Shown here piece by piece: positions 12,209 through 27,657 of a stretch of DNA of 64,000 nucleotides. Below the pieces are notes generated by a model. That model was not told the origin of the DNA. It worked only from the letters and a program-made list of their open reading frames with translations, and made no database searches. A program made the position numbers and the translations under genes. Every line of letters begins with the position of its first letter. The first letter of the stretch is position 1. The DNA comes from Eledone cirrhosa (lineage: Eukaryota), in the NCBI GenBank assembly GCA_964016885.1, contig OZ024743.1:230888001-230952000 (forward strand), in the 5' to 3' direction.

Positions 12209-13471
12209 GATTTCATTTATTGGCCACAATATTGGGGACAATACAAAAGACTGGGACAGTGGGGTTTTACAGAAAAATCGAGTAAACAATATGAATAACA
12301 ATAACAAATTAACAAGAAAAATACAAGAAAAATTCCCCAATAGGGGGATGACCACCCAGGGTTCGCTCAGGTACCCAACTCACACGGGCCATTCTCGCCA
12401 CATTCACCCACCTTTCAGCAAATGTAATGGGGGCAGCACTTCTCTCTCCACCCTCAACTTCCTTTCCAAGTGAAACTTGAAAGAGTTGATGAGAGATTGG
12501 CCGAAGAGAAAAGTGTCTGTCTTCAGTCCTTTCAACCTCGTCCACCATACAACCTCTGTCGCTACTGCCACCAGACAGGAAAATTTCCTGCCCTTCCAGG
12601 CCAAAAGAAGGTGGCTGGTCGATCTTCACTATGGACTCGGCCGATAGCCGGTCCGTTCTACACGCGACAACAGCTGTTCGACATAACTCCACAAGTCAGC
12701 AATGCACAGACACTGGACGAGTGCGTGCAGAACGGTTTCGTCGCTCTGCGCGCATCTTGGGCAGGTCCGTCTGACAGCACTTCCGTGCCTGTAAAGCTCA
12801 TCTCGAACCGGCAGTGACCCCCATTAGCACTGCCAAGCGAGGGATTTTTGGAAATTATCCATCGTCCCCGGCTCGAAAGTCCTCCGGTTAGTTCGACTTC
12901 GTCGTCTCCCAGAGCCTCTCCGAGTGCGTTTCGGCAGAATACTGGAGATGCCGCAGCCTCAGCGCCTGTCGACGCATCATTACCCACGGCATGCCCAGCC
13001 CTCCACGTAGAGGGTGCTAGCAGCAGTGGACCGCCTCACCAGCGAAACCTGACCCCTCCACAAGAATTTGAAGAGGAGCTGCTCCAGGATGGCGAGACGC
13101 GTTCGGAAGCAAGGGACGACGGTCAGACGGTAGTAGATGACGGACGCGATGTACGCGTTCGCTACCTCCGCCCGAACCTTCAGTGATAGCTTCCTCCAAG
13201 CCCATTTCTGGGTGAGACTGGCTACCCTACCCGTCACCTCGTCCAAATTCTTATCCACCTGGAGGTGTGGCCCGAACCAAACCCCGAGCAACTTTACCGG
13301 TCCATCCGTCCAGCGCCTAATGTCGCTGTTGGACGGCTTGGAATTGCCTCTCCAGGTGCGGAGTTGCAAGCCCACCGACTTTTCCGGGTTAAGTTTTGCT
13401 CCCGTCAACCTTTCATAATCTTCCAATAAGTTGCCAACCACCTCGATTTCTGAGGTGTCCGACACCATCAC
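12209..13471 (-). mobile_element. 5'-truncated Tx1/L1-clade LINE with 16-bp TSD
   Basis: YERLTGAKLNPEKS..VKLLGVWFG..WRKLSLKVRAEVAN; C-terminal REVL....FAERW; TSD CCACCGTCCTAATAAT at 12193..12208 and 13472..13487; homologous to 59770..61285. Confidence 0.9.
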
Positions 13472-13519
13472 CCACCGTCCTAATAATAGTAATAATTGTA
13501 ATAATTATCTTTAATATTA

Positions 13520-13520
13520 C

Positions 13521-13595
<75 letters not shown>
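13520..13595. repeat. (TAG)n microsatellite
   Basis: Seen directly. Confidence 0.97.
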
Positions 13596-14137
13596 AAGTA
13601 GCAGCACCAGCAGCGTTGCTGGTTTTTTTCTTTGTCGTCGTCGTCAGTGTAATTCTTCGTAATGTTTCGTTCCACTTTATACATTTAATATGAAGGCATT
13701 TATAGAAAGAAAAAATGGAGAACAAAACTAATACAATTTTATGGAACAGAAGAATGATCGTGAAGAAAAAAATGATTGAAAGATGGCTTCAAAGGTTATA
13801 TTATGCTAATGTGCGACAATGCCCACTGGTTCCTTTTAATATTTTATTTTAATAAACTCACCAATTTCAGCGAATTTCCCCTACAACAACTCTTGACTTA
13901 ATTATCCCATATTTATACCTCTGGATATATCGGTTGTTAATGTGAACATAACAACTGATATATTCACATCACATCATTTTGAAAAACCTCCGTGAGGGGA
14001 AACTTGATTTCATTTATTTCCTTTATACATTTATACTTTTTGTATTTTCCGCTCCCTCTTTTTTATTTTTTAATGTGTTTTTCACTAATTTCTCGTATCT
14101 GTTATTATATATATATACACTTACAAACACAGACGCA

Positions 14138-14226
<89 letters not shown>

Positions 14227-14238
14227 TACACACACAGA

Positions 14239-14290
<52 letters not shown>

Positions 14291-15394
14291 CGTCTGTGTG
14301 TGTAAGTGTATGTGTGTGTATTTGGATGATATATATATATATATATATATATATGCATACTTACATACATATATACATACATGCATACATACAACCTACA
14401 TAATCAAAAACATATGATAATATAAAAATATATACATTTGAAATCAGAGCGAAGAGAGACAGAACAAATCCTGCAAAACATTTTTGAAATGTTCTATCGG
14501 TTTTGCGAATCCTCAGTCCTAATGATAATAATATGTAGAATCTGTATAAATACTCAGAGAATAATCCACCGAACTATTGAAAGTGAGAGAAATAATATCT
14601 TGATTGCTCACATGACGTAGAACTGCTTCTATACCCAAGACTAAAACCTTATCAACTTCTTCGCAGTTACAGCAGTCAAAACGGCATGTGCATAGTAAAG
14701 GATACATTTACAGATGGAAAGAATATATACTACCGAATAAGATTGAAGTAAACAGCAAATACTGTATATAAAAACCAGTTTTATTTTAACAACATTTTCT
14801 AACTTAATCTGATAGAAAAAGAAAATTTAGATATTTTAGCATATGAATGATTTGATCACGATTATTCTTTTGAAAGTGACTGATATTCGTGGAACTCCGT
14901 TGCATTATATTTGGTAAATTATTGCTTATTATATCTAGGCATATATATATAATATGACGTGAGTAAATAGAAGACATTTGTAAAACTCTTAATAATATAT
15001 AACAGAAGGAATTCTATAAATCTAACCTGTCCACGGGAGAATTGTCCTTATTTGAAAGTCATTCTAAGGTTATTTTCGGGAAAGAGAAATACATTGAACA
15101 AAATAACATTATTACGTAGAATAAAGAAAATAAACAGTTTTTTTGAAATTAAACCATTTACAGACGTACACATAACTAGGAATTAATTAACTAGACTTCA
15201 AAGATATAGTAATGAAAATAGTCTTAGGAAAGACTAATGAAAATGAATTAGATTATTATTTTGAAAAGTGCTAATTTCCAAATTATTTTTGAAATGGTAC
15301 ACATGTCGATAGAATATTCTTACGTTAATTTACACGTTAAAGACTCTGGAAGTTGAGCGAGTGTATGATCATCGGCGGCACCAACGGTGGATCC

Positions 15395-15515
15395 ACTATC
15401 ATCACACCGTTGTCGTCATCATCATCACCACCACCACAACCACGACCACCATCATCATCATCAACATCATCATCATCATCATCATCAGCATCATCATCAT
15501 CAACATTATCAACAT
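15395..15515. repeat. (CAT/CAC)n imperfect trinucleotide repeat
   Basis: Seen directly. Confidence 0.9.
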
Positions 15516-15564
15516 CTTTAACTTATTTTTCTTCTCTGTGACCGATATTGTAATCAAATACTGA

Positions 15565-15700
15565 AAGCACATGGTTTAGTGGCTATGGTGTTAGACTCAG
15601 GTTTGTAAGGGTGTATGTTCAATTCCTCATTGTGCGTTGAATTCTTGAGCAAGATAATTCATTTCACTTTGTTCCAGTCTAGTCAGCTGGAAACATTAAA
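15565..15700 (+). mobile_element. Second tRNA-headed SINE type with CORE-like segment (old)
   Basis: TGGTTTAGTGG (box A), GTTCAATTCC (box B), then TCTTGAGCAAGATAATT similar to the CORE CCTTGRGCAAG motif. Confidence 0.55.
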
Positions 15701-15916
15701 GTTGCATTCATTATTTACAGAACCAGCCTGGCTATTCACTGTGTCATGCACAGACACCCTGAAACTACGTTATTTGTGCACCAGTCCATGCTGGAACATT
15801 CCTCGTCTGAACCGTCGCAGGTTTTCCAATTCATACGTTATGGTCATTGATTGAACGCGTTTGTTTTTAACTTCAGGGTTGATTTTATGTTCCCACATTA
15901 TGCATCGTAAAAACCT

Positions 15917-16022
<106 letters not shown>

Positions 16023-16151
16023 ACGCGCGTGTGTGTATTATATATATATATGTATATATGTATATATGTATTTATACATACACACATATATATATATATA
16101 CATATATATACATACGCAGGCACACAGATATATATATATATACATACACAA

Positions 16152-16305
16152 ATAGGAAAAGAGGCAGGACGCCGATGGCTGAGCTACGGCCGTTTCGACA
16201 GCCGTCGGTTTCTTGACTCTTTTCCTATAACCCACTCTACTACCATAAGTATCGAGTACTCTGTTGCTTTATGGTCCCCCTTGTGCACTCCACGCTTTTT
16301 TCGTT
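16152..16305 (+). mobile_element. Terminal-hairpin element, copy 3 (older, hairpin centre deleted)
   Basis: ATAGGAAAAGAG..CTCTTTTCCTAT arms; tail acccactctactacc..gtatcgagtact..tatggtcc matches copies 1 and 2. Confidence 0.8.
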
Positions 16306-16315
16306 ACATACACAA

Positions 16316-16354
<39 letters not shown>

Positions 16355-16392
16355 ATTGGTGTGGCATGCTTAAAGCGTGAATGGAACAGTAA

Positions 16393-16828
16393 CATCACAA
16401 CTTACAATTAAGGACAAAATGAAAACACACACACACACATATAACAACCAACCAACCAGTAACATGTAAATAAACAAATAAATAAACAAATATAAACACA
16501 CCCAGACACCCGGATGTAACACATGCGCAAACTAAGCACACAACACACACAAAAACAAGATGGCGTAGGACAGAACAAAGGAGAGGCACAAAAACAAAGA
16601 AAAGAATCCCCAGTCACTAAACAGGTCACAGAATGTGTGAAGAAAGAACTTTGACAATATATGAACAATCAGTTGGTTGTGGAACCAACCAACCAACCGG
16701 AAATTTATAAATTCCTAAATTTATAAATTTAATTTATAATAAATTGAAGTGAAAGCAACTGGTGCGTGTGTTTCTTATTGGCAACATGACCCTCCCAAAG
16801 TATAACAATATCGGATTCAACACACGCT
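16393..16828 (+). mobile_element. Nematis-like PLE 3' end with decayed HHR (16613..16655)
   Basis: Reverse complement of 9091..9510 plus the tail seen at 10075..10092. Confidence 0.85.
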
Positions 16829-16906
16829 TTCAGATAATGAATCTTGCTAAACAAATTCAGAAGCAATATATATATATATATATATATATAGATAGATATA
16901 TATATA

Positions 16907-17101
16907 ACAAAGGAGTTGTGGTAAGGAACCAGATGGGCCATAACGCACCAGATTACTCAATACTTAGGGTAGCAGAGTGGGAAATAGGAAAAAGTATGAC
17001 CCCGACGGCAGAGTTCAAGCCGTTTCGACGGCTATTTCTGAGTCCAGAAATAGCCGTCGAAACGGCTAGAACTCTGCCGTCGGGGTCATACATTTTCCTA
17101 T
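16907..17101 (-). mobile_element. Terminal-hairpin element, copy 2
   Basis: Arms 16984..17040 and 17045..17101 with 2 mismatches, loop AGTC; TA runs on both sides. Confidence 0.9.
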
Positions 17102-17324
17102 ATATATATATATATATATAGTATTAGTTATACTATTTATGGTTATGTAAACACAAAACCTTAAGCAGTTGTAAGTATTTTACACACACCCTAAATTGTG
17201 GTAGGCAGTAATGTATTACTACCTTATTACCAGTAAGTTAAGTAGCTCAATGTAAAAACATCAGATGATTTACAGAGCAGTTATATGAAATATAAGAATC
17301 AAAGAACTGTTCAAAACATTATTG

Positions 17325-17371
17325 TGCTTACAGCTGTTTCCTCCAAACCGAGGTTTGGATTCTTCGGAGCA
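17325..17371 (-). ncRNA. Minimal type I hammerhead, U4C variant (inverted twin of 22331..22377)
   Basis: Reverse complement identical to 22331..22377. Confidence 0.75.
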
Positions 17372-18723
17372 ATTTATTAATGCATGGACAGTTATATGAC
17401 CTCCTTTTCAGCCGAGAGACATACCAATACATATTCAAACATTGATACATATTCAAACATTGTGGGTCAACATTCATTACAAAATTTAGAGTGGCAGTAC
17501 ACACTTCGAGATTACATTTATATTAATAGGTACAATCAAAAATCAAAGATATAGGTTAAAGTACAACATGAAGATAAGTGGTTATATAGTGCAAATGTTA
17601 TATGTGTGGCACGCATGTGCGTCTTGTTTATATAGTGTGGCAGAGAGATATGTGTGGTAGAGGCACTTAGGTAGGTAAATAAGAGTGTTAGGTTGGTAGA
17701 TCTGGTGGCAAAGTCTTTATATGATTGATGTAGTCTGTGTGTGGAGAAATATTATAAGTATTAAAGATAGTGCAAGCATTAAAAGTGTTATAAGTATTGG
17801 AGATGCACAACGCAGGGATGTCAAGTAATTCATGTACTTCGGCATTTTCATGGTCAAGGGAGTGTATATTTCGATTATATGCCTTTCACATAATCCACGA
17901 CAATCCAGTTAGAGATCGTAGTCTGGTGTTCTTTAGTTCGATACAGGAGGTTGTTACGTTTCGAGAGACGCCATTGAATACCGGAAGTGTGTGTGTGGCT
18001 AAGGGGAGTTAATGCATGCGGGGAGGTAACTCTGGGGTTTCTATATCTAGCCATTAAAAAGTGTCCCAATATGGACCCTAAATTCTATGGTGAGGTGCAC
18101 CTTCCAAGAGAGACTTTTAAAGCATAAAGTGCACTAACTATAGAGTAGTTTAACTAAATTATGCTGAAGGTGATCATATTATTATTAAGGTGGATTAACC
18201 CATCTTAAGGTGCTACAAATGGAAATTATAGATGATGAGCGAGGATTCTAAATTAATGATCTCTGTGGTTGTAGTCTGCTCATATGACCAGGCGCGGTGA
18301 TTGCAGGATTGCTTCAGGACCCAATGATCTCTGGTAAGATCTGGGTCATCGCTTGCTACATTGGATGTCGAAAGATAATCGTCCCCAGGCAGGCCAAAGG
18401 TCAATCCGCAGTCCTCGCGACCCCTCTCTGACCGTCAGATCATCCATATACGTACAACCCGCACGGCAGTTGCATTGCATTCACTCACTGCGCTCAGCAG
18501 CCCGGTCCTACTGGTCAACAGCGCTACTCGATTAAATCATTTTACATCTGTCTAAGGAAGGTGTTTCCTCTGCCCAACACCATCCAACCGATCAATTCAT
18601 GCTCAAATTACCCTTAGAGCGGTGTAGTGCCGTCCAGGTGGGTGGATGTTGTCACACCTGCCGTAGAGGTATAAATGGGTATTTTCCCTGCGAAGGGTTC
18701 CAGAGGGATGTCGTTGTTTGTGT

Positions 18724-20730
18724 TATAATGGATCAGCTAGTGTTGGGTATGTAGTATAGGGTGTGTCCCTGGTGTTTGATGCTAGATGTGGTGTTAGGTT
18801 CCAGTCCGACATTGCTATATATAGGGCTTAAAGTTTTGGAAGGAATGTCTGAGGCGGTGTTGGCAAGTTGCAAACACCTCAGATTTTTTGTTAAGTAGGT
18901 TACGGTTGGAGAAGATAATATTGTGTGTCTCTAGTATACAGAGGTTACAGAATTTATTAGGTGGTTTGTACGAGGTCGCGCTGCCTATCACTTCCCATTT
19001 GAGTGTGTATGGTTTATTTTTAGATTTTAGATAGTGTATGTAGCTAGAAAGTGAGGTGGAGTTGGCTAGGCTGTGCTTTTTGAACGAGTGTGTGCGAGTT
19101 ATATCTAATTTTGAAGCAGTTAGAAGTGGAGCCTACATAGGTTTCTGAAGAGTTATTAGTCGTGACTGTGCATGAGTATATGACATCCTTGGTTAGGCAT
19201 TTTTTATCTAAGGGGCAGGTTCTATTAGCTCTACAGTTACAATTATTCTGTGCGTTAGTCCGCTGGTTATAATGCAATGCGGAAGTCTGTGTGGTGGATA
19301 TAGGATTTTGGGTGTTCAGGTTGACAACCCTGGTGTTATTACTTATACTAGTGTTATTTCTATTGTTACTGCCGTTGCTATTGTTGCTTGCTACAGTGGT
19401 ATTTAGAGGGTTTGCATCCCGTTGTGATTTTGTTTGTTGGAAGTAAGAACTAATTTTACTATTATTGCTGCTAGCTATGTGGTATGCTAAGTTAGGCGTC
19501 GTAGAGTATGAGATTTTAATGGTGTTTTTGTTTAAGAGGTTGAGGTACTTGTGTCCTAGAGGGAAGTTTTTATCTAGTAGTGAGAAGAAAGCCCTAGGTA
19601 TGTTGGTGGAGACATTTAGGTTGAAAGGAGGGTTGAAAAATGTATTATTTCTTCTTCTATTTTTGCTTTTAGTGTTTGGTGTGTTGCTTCCTCCTAAGGC
19701 CTCACAGTAGTTTCCATGGTAATGGTTACTTCCGGTGGCACCCTCCGCTTTGGTGTACTTGTGGTTGCTATTCCTATTATTAGATTTCCTCATGGACATG
19801 TTGTGCGAGATGATGTTGTAGCTATGTGTTTTCTTAGGTAGGAACTCTATTTCTATATTATGGCCGGAGCTAGCTAATGCTTGATTGTAATATTGTGAGT
19901 TTTTGCTAAATATGTTTGCGTCATAGGACAGACTAGAGATTCTATTGGACACCCCCTTAGAGATAGAGTTTAATATTGATCTAGGGTGATTAGACTTGGT
20001 ATCTACGTAAATAAGTTTCTCATTAGGCTTATGGAAAGGTGTATATATTTTTGAGTCTAGGTATAGTGTGGCGTCTAGGAAGTTAACATTTTTAGTGTTT
20101 TTGTCCATGGTGATACTAAGGTTAAAGTTTTTGAATGTCTTATGCAGTTGTTTTCTAGTTCTTTCTATATTAAATTTTTTATATTCTATGAGTAGAAGTG
20201 CATCATCGCGGTACAAACCACCGTTGAGGTAAGGGAGGTCTTTATGGATTTCATTGAGGAGGTATAGGCCGACCAAATCAGTGACCTGCGCCGAGTCACT
20301 AGATCCCATGGTTATGTCGAAGTTGTTGTGCGTATCCTTGCGTGTCCATAGTTGGTCCTCGAAGGTGATTATGGTTTTACGGGCCGCAAGGATGACATCA
20401 ACCTGGGCTCTAGTCAGGTCGCTATTGGTCATGGCCATGATAAGTGCCTTATTTAATAGGATAGGGGAAATAGAGGTGTAGTATGAATTGATATCAAATT
20501 GAATAAATTTTTTGTTCTTATTATTCTTGATATCCTTAAACCATTCAATTACTTCACCCGTATTTCCCCATTGTTTAAGGTGTATCTTGTGTTTAATTTG
20601 TGGGATGATTTTATCCAAAATCTTCTTGCTGATAATACCAATGTCGGACTTGGAAGGGCAGATAAGTCTTATCGTGGGGTTGCTGATGAAGTTCTCCTTA
20701 TGGTCCTTCAGAGAGAATCTAGGGGGGTTC
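18724..20730 (-). pseudogene. PLE RT + GIY-YIG ORF, 5'-truncated, one frameshift near 19085
   Basis: ORF 19044..20741: FIQFDINSYYTSI, FDITMGSSDSAQVTDLVG, GLYRDD, VNFLD, CNCRANRTCPLDKKC..VIY..YVGST..FKIRYNSH; another frame continues with FCNLCILE..LLNKKSE..CQH. Confidence 0.92.
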
Positions 20731-22330
20731 GTACAAACCACCTAATAAATTCTGTAACCTCTGTATACTAGAGACACACAATATTATCTTCTCCAACCGT
20801 AACCTACTTAACAAAAAATCTGAGGTGTTTGCAACTTGCCAACACCGCCTCAGACATTCCTTCCAAAACTTTAAGCCCTATATATAGCAATGTCGGACAG
20901 GAACCTAACACCACATCTAGCATCAAACACCAGAGACACACCCTATACTACATACCCAACACTAGCTGATCCATTATAACACAAACAACGACATCCCTCT
21001 GGAACCCTTCGCAGGGAAAATACCCATTTATACCTCTACGGCAGGTGTGACAACATCCACCCACCTGGACGGCACTACACCGCTCTAAGGGTAATTTGAG
21101 CATGAATTGATCGGTTGGATGGTGTTGGGCAGAGGAAACACCTTCCTTAGACAGATGTAAAATGATTTAATCGAGTAGCGCTGTTGACCAGTAGGACCGG
21201 GCTGCTGAGCGCAGTGAGTGAATGCAATGCAACTGCCGTGCGGGTTGTACGTATATGGATGATCTGACGGTCAGAGAGGGGTCGCGAGGACTGCGGATTG
21301 ACCTTTGGCCTGCCTGGGGACGATTATCTTTCGACATCCAATGTAGCAAGCGATGACCCAGATCTTACCAGAGATCATTGGGTCCTGAAGCAATCCTGCA
21401 ATCACCGCGCCTGGTCATATGAGCAGACTACGACCACAGAGATCATTATTTTAGAATCCTCGCTCATCATCTATAATTTCCATTTGTAGCACCTTAAGAT
21501 GGGTTAATCCACCTTAATAATAATATGATCACCTTCAGCATAATTTAGTTAAACTACTCTATAGTTAGTGCACTTTATGCTTTAAAAGTCTCTCTTGGAA
21601 GGTGCACCTCACCATAGAATTTAGGGTCCATATTGGGACACATTTTAATGGCTAGATATAGAAACCCCAGAGTTACCTCCCCGCATGCATTAACTCCCCT
21701 TAGCCACACACACACTTCCGGTATTCAATGGCGTCTCTCGAAACGTAACAACCTCCTGTATCGAACTAAAGAACACCAGACTACGATCTCTAACTGGATT
21801 GTCGTGGATTATGTGAAAGGCATATAATCGAAATATACACTCCCTTGACCATGAAAATGCCGAAGTACATGAATTACTTGACATCCCTGCGTTGTGCATC
21901 TCCAATACTTATAACACTTTTAATGCTTGCACTATCTTTAATACTTATAATATTTCTCCACACACAGACTACATCAATCATATAAAGACTTTGCCACCAG
22001 ATCTACCAACCTAACACTCTTATTTACCTACCTAAGTGCCTCTACCACACATATCTCTCTGCCACACTATATAAACAAGACGCACATGCGTGCCACACAT
22101 ATAACATTTGCACTATATAACCACTTATCTTCATGTTGTACTTTAACCTATATCTTTGATTTTTGATTGTACCTATTAATATAAATGTAATCTCGAAGTG
22201 TGTACTGCCACTCTAAATTTTGTAATGAATGTTGACCCACAATGTTTGAATATGTATCAATGTTTGAATATGTATTGGTATGTCTCTCGGCTGAAAAGGA
22301 GGTCATATAACTGTCCATGCATTAATAAAT

Positions 22331-22377
22331 TGCTCCGAAGAATCCAAACCTCGGTTTGGAGGAAACAGCTGTAAGCA
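22331..22377 (+). ncRNA. Minimal type I hammerhead, U4C variant
   Basis: TGCT-CCGAAGA-aTCCAAACCtcGGTTTGGAg-GAA-ACAGCTGT-A-AGCA; palindromic stem III, GUA triplet. Confidence 0.75.
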
Positions 22378-22408
22378 CAATAATGTTTTGAACAGTTCTT
22401 TGATTCTT

Positions 22409-23899
<1,491 letters not shown>

Positions 23900-24532
23900 T
23901 ACGCACATATATACATTCACTGATACAGACACCCCAAAAACCACACATATTCATTATAATTAACATAATTGAATATGAGTGGGCACGTTTGCATGGGTGT
24001 CTATTAACATTGATTAAATTAAAGCATCAAAAAATTGAGATGGATAAAATGAGTATTAATTCTGAGCAAAAATACGGCGAGTCAAGACGTTGCTTCAGAA
24101 TGACTGCAGTTTAATAACTGAGACCAGAAGAAGTATAAGAATACAGGAATACAACTAGTCAATTATTGCTCTATGTCCCAGGTGTAATGAACATTTATCA
24201 TGTCATAATATGAAGATTTATATGAATTCCATCTGATTTGCAGTCAACATTTTTCCTTGCATGACGTTAAATGTGAAATAAAACCTAGCTTAGTAAATCC
24301 TTATCTTGATACAAGATGAATACAATGTATTCATTTTTTTCTGTTTCCTCTTTTGCCTATAAAAATTATATTTGTTAAGTTCAGGTAGGTTTATCAAGAT
24401 CCATAGAAGATTAGAAAGGAAATTGAAAATAGAAAAGTAAACAATTTCATATAAACGTACAGACATACATACTCATAAACACACATGCACATCCACTCAC
24501 CCCCACACACGACAACCATATTTTCCCCCTAC

Positions 24533-24563
<31 letters not shown>

Positions 24564-24959
24564 CATAAGTGTGTATATATATATACATATATTATACAAA
24601 TTTTTCTTCCTAACTCTATGCTTTTACTATTACGATAGTCAATGAGAAATTATATTTGATGCAGTTTAAATCAAATATACCTCTTAGGGGATGTGGTAAT
24701 AATGTTATTGTCACGAGGGGAACTCTGTTGTGAGCCAATGAAACAAAATCAAATGTTACTGCCATGGCAATAATAAAATAGAGTGAAACAGGTGCATATA
24801 TAAATTACAGTTTATGGTATCGGTGTTGGTTAATATATATTTTAATGTTTTAGAACCTAAGTATTAATTAATGTTTAATGATTGGGGCATTTTCTCAAAT
24901 CTAGAGACATTGTGTCAACATTAAGTGTTTCCACTGTCATTAATGTGAATCAACATTAA

Positions 24960-25145
24960 TGGTGGATTGGCAGTATCGGTAGAGAGTCGGACGCCATGTT
25001 TTCCAGCATAGTTACGTCACTTTACGGTCTGAGTTCAAATCCCGTCGAGGTTAACTTTGCCTTTCCTCCTTACGGGGTCGATAAAATAAAGTACAAGTAA
25101 TGTACTGGGTAATTGCTGGCCTTGTGCCAAAAGTAGAAACAATTA
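24960..25145 (+). mobile_element. tRNA-headed SINE with 21-bp TSD
   Basis: ATTAATGTGAATCAACATTAA at 24939..24959 and 25142..25162. Confidence 0.9.
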
Positions 25146-25699
25146 ATGTGAATCAACATTAAAATTCAATACATGGTTCAATTGACATAGACGTTTTTTT
25201 GTATTTGATTTATAGAATGTATGTTGTGTGGATGATGGCGTTATAGTGATTCTGTTTAGATTAATATTTGGATAATTTAGATGGAGGCTGCAGGCTTGTG
25301 ATGTAAGCCTTTGTTTGGTTAGGTTAATTAGGTGGCTATTGTGATATTTATTATAAGTTGGTGTTGTAATTTCACATATCATATATGTCTTTTTCGATAA
25401 GAAAGGATTTGGCAACATAGGCTCAATAGAAATGTCTAATGTGGTGTAATACAAGATTGTTCAAGGCATTAATGTTGAGTGGGAAGTCAGTTCATTCGAC
25501 AGAGTTTCATTGCCTGGTTCTCCAACTAATTGAAAATCATGTAGCCGCTGCCCCACCCGGTAAATTCCTTGGTTCTACCCAGCACAGATTACCGAAGTCA
25601 CCACACAAATACCTACAATCATCTTTACAATTCTTCAAAGTAGAAAATTACCCCATAATACCGTCATCACAATGTTAGTAGAGGGCACACAATTGGCTG

Positions 25700-26150
25700 T
25701 TAAATTCAAAGAGTTTGAAAAGAACTCCGTAGTTCAGAAAAAGGCGTAAGGCTCCCGATTTATTAAAATTGCAAAAGTAGGCAGCTGAACTAACAAGGGT
25801 AAGGGCGATTCTGAAGATGACGCAACGTCTGGTCGTCCTACAACTGACTTCACCGAAGAAAACAAAAATCGTGTTCAACACTTGGTGATGGCTAACAGAT
25901 GATTGACGATCAGTCAAATAGCCAATGCCATTAGCATGAGAGTGTTAAACATATTCTGCTCAAATAATTTTGTATGACAAATATTTCTGCTCGTGGGTGG
26001 GATGTGCTATGTCTTTTGACACTTGTACAAAAGTCCACCAGACTGATCAAATCACGGATAAAATCTGCCGATGATTGTGGTATATCCAGTTAGTATCATT
26101 GAATGTTTCTTATCATAGGATGAGTGTTGAGTTCATCACTTTCAGCCAGA
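25700..26150 (+). mobile_element. Mariner transposase relic (HTH region)
   Basis: Broken frames give EDDATSGRPTT..TEEN..VQHLVMANR*LTISQIA..M..ISARW, the mariner SGRP..WVPHxL segment. Confidence 0.7.
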
Positions 26151-27340
26151 AAATATCTTGGTCTGCCTATGATCTTTTCCCGCCGACCTCGTATATACAA
26201 TTCTATGTATATGTAAATTTATATGCATATATCTATTCGTTTTATGATTTATTTCTCACTTTAACCTATCCTATTCCCTTAATATATATGGAGATATATA
26301 ACTAATCTTTTAGAATTATATAATTATTAAATCTATGATTATTATTTCTTATCATTTATAATTCATTCTTAATAGCCAATTTTGTTTAAATAGGTATAAT
26401 ATCGTTTAAGCATTTTAACTTAAATAGTTTTAATATAACTTAGTCCCTTTATTGTGTTTAAGCTCTTTATCGTCAATGGTTTCAATATCCTCTAGTCTGG
26501 AAATATATAAATATTCTTTTATACCTCTTTGCATAATTTCATTAGCTGGATTTTAACAATCCTATTATTGTATTAAATTTATTCCATAATTTCATGGAAA
26601 ATATTTTCATCAATTTATTGTTAACTAGGATTTAATATTTTTTAGTGATTTATATTTAATAACAATTAATTGATGTTAATGACTGACAGTTAATAATCGA
26701 TAATTATTGATCATTATTAATCATTTTTTTTTAGTTTCTTTATTGTCTCCTATTATTGATCAGCTAATGTTTTCTTTTTGATAATTAATTGTACACGCAT
26801 ATGTTTTAATTTTTAATAAAACACACGTACGAACGAATACACACACACACACACATACATACATACACACACAAACACATACATACATACATATATATAT
26901 GTGTGTGTGTGTGTGCGTGTGTGTGTGTGTGCGGGTGTTTTATTAAATATTTCAACAACATTTCTGGTGGAGGGGTAAGTCGATTAAATAGAATCCATTG
27001 TATTACTGGTACATTATTTTATCGACCCCGTAAGGATTTGAACTCAGATTGTAAATATTAAATATACTAGCAGGAAAACCACCCTACGTGTGGGTTTCTG
27101 CTAGTATGTGTAGTGTGCATATTCATATTATACGCAAGTATATATGCATGTAGATGTGATACATCAAATAAAATCATAATTGACAATATACACAGAAATT
27201 GAACGAAGACTGCGTTACATTGTCTTATGTAATCAGTAACGTAATCCATGATACATTAAAAAAAGACGATATTATATATAAACTGCATTAGGAGAAAATT
27301 AGTGATGGAAATATACGAATTTTTATTTAAGCGATCGCTA

Positions 27341-27657
27341 ACCGTAAGTGTTGAAAATGTTTAAGAAGTGAATCTTAAAATAAGCCACAACATTATTTAT
27401 ATTTAATAGAGAATAACGAAATTTAGTAGAGAAATTATGTAATATCCATTCATTACTCCCGCCGAGGTTGACTTTGCCTTTCATCCTTACGGGGTTGATA
27501 ACATCAAGTACCAGTAATGCACTGGGTATTTGCTGGCCTTGTGCCTAAAGTAGAAACAATTATTTATTCAAAGTAATCCAACTTATTTTACAAACGGGAT
27601 AAAAAAATATATTCTGGACGCAGTCCCGCACTCCTTACTTTATTATAGTTTAGATTT
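27341..27657 (+). mobile_element. Composite element carrying a 5'-truncated SINE, copy 1
   Basis: Both SINE flanks are homologous to those at 32324..32629; ends TTTATTATAGTTTAGAT. Confidence 0.6.

Noticed and set aside
14600-14752. 50-codon open stretch in unique-looking DNA
   Set aside because: No recognisable motif or splice signals
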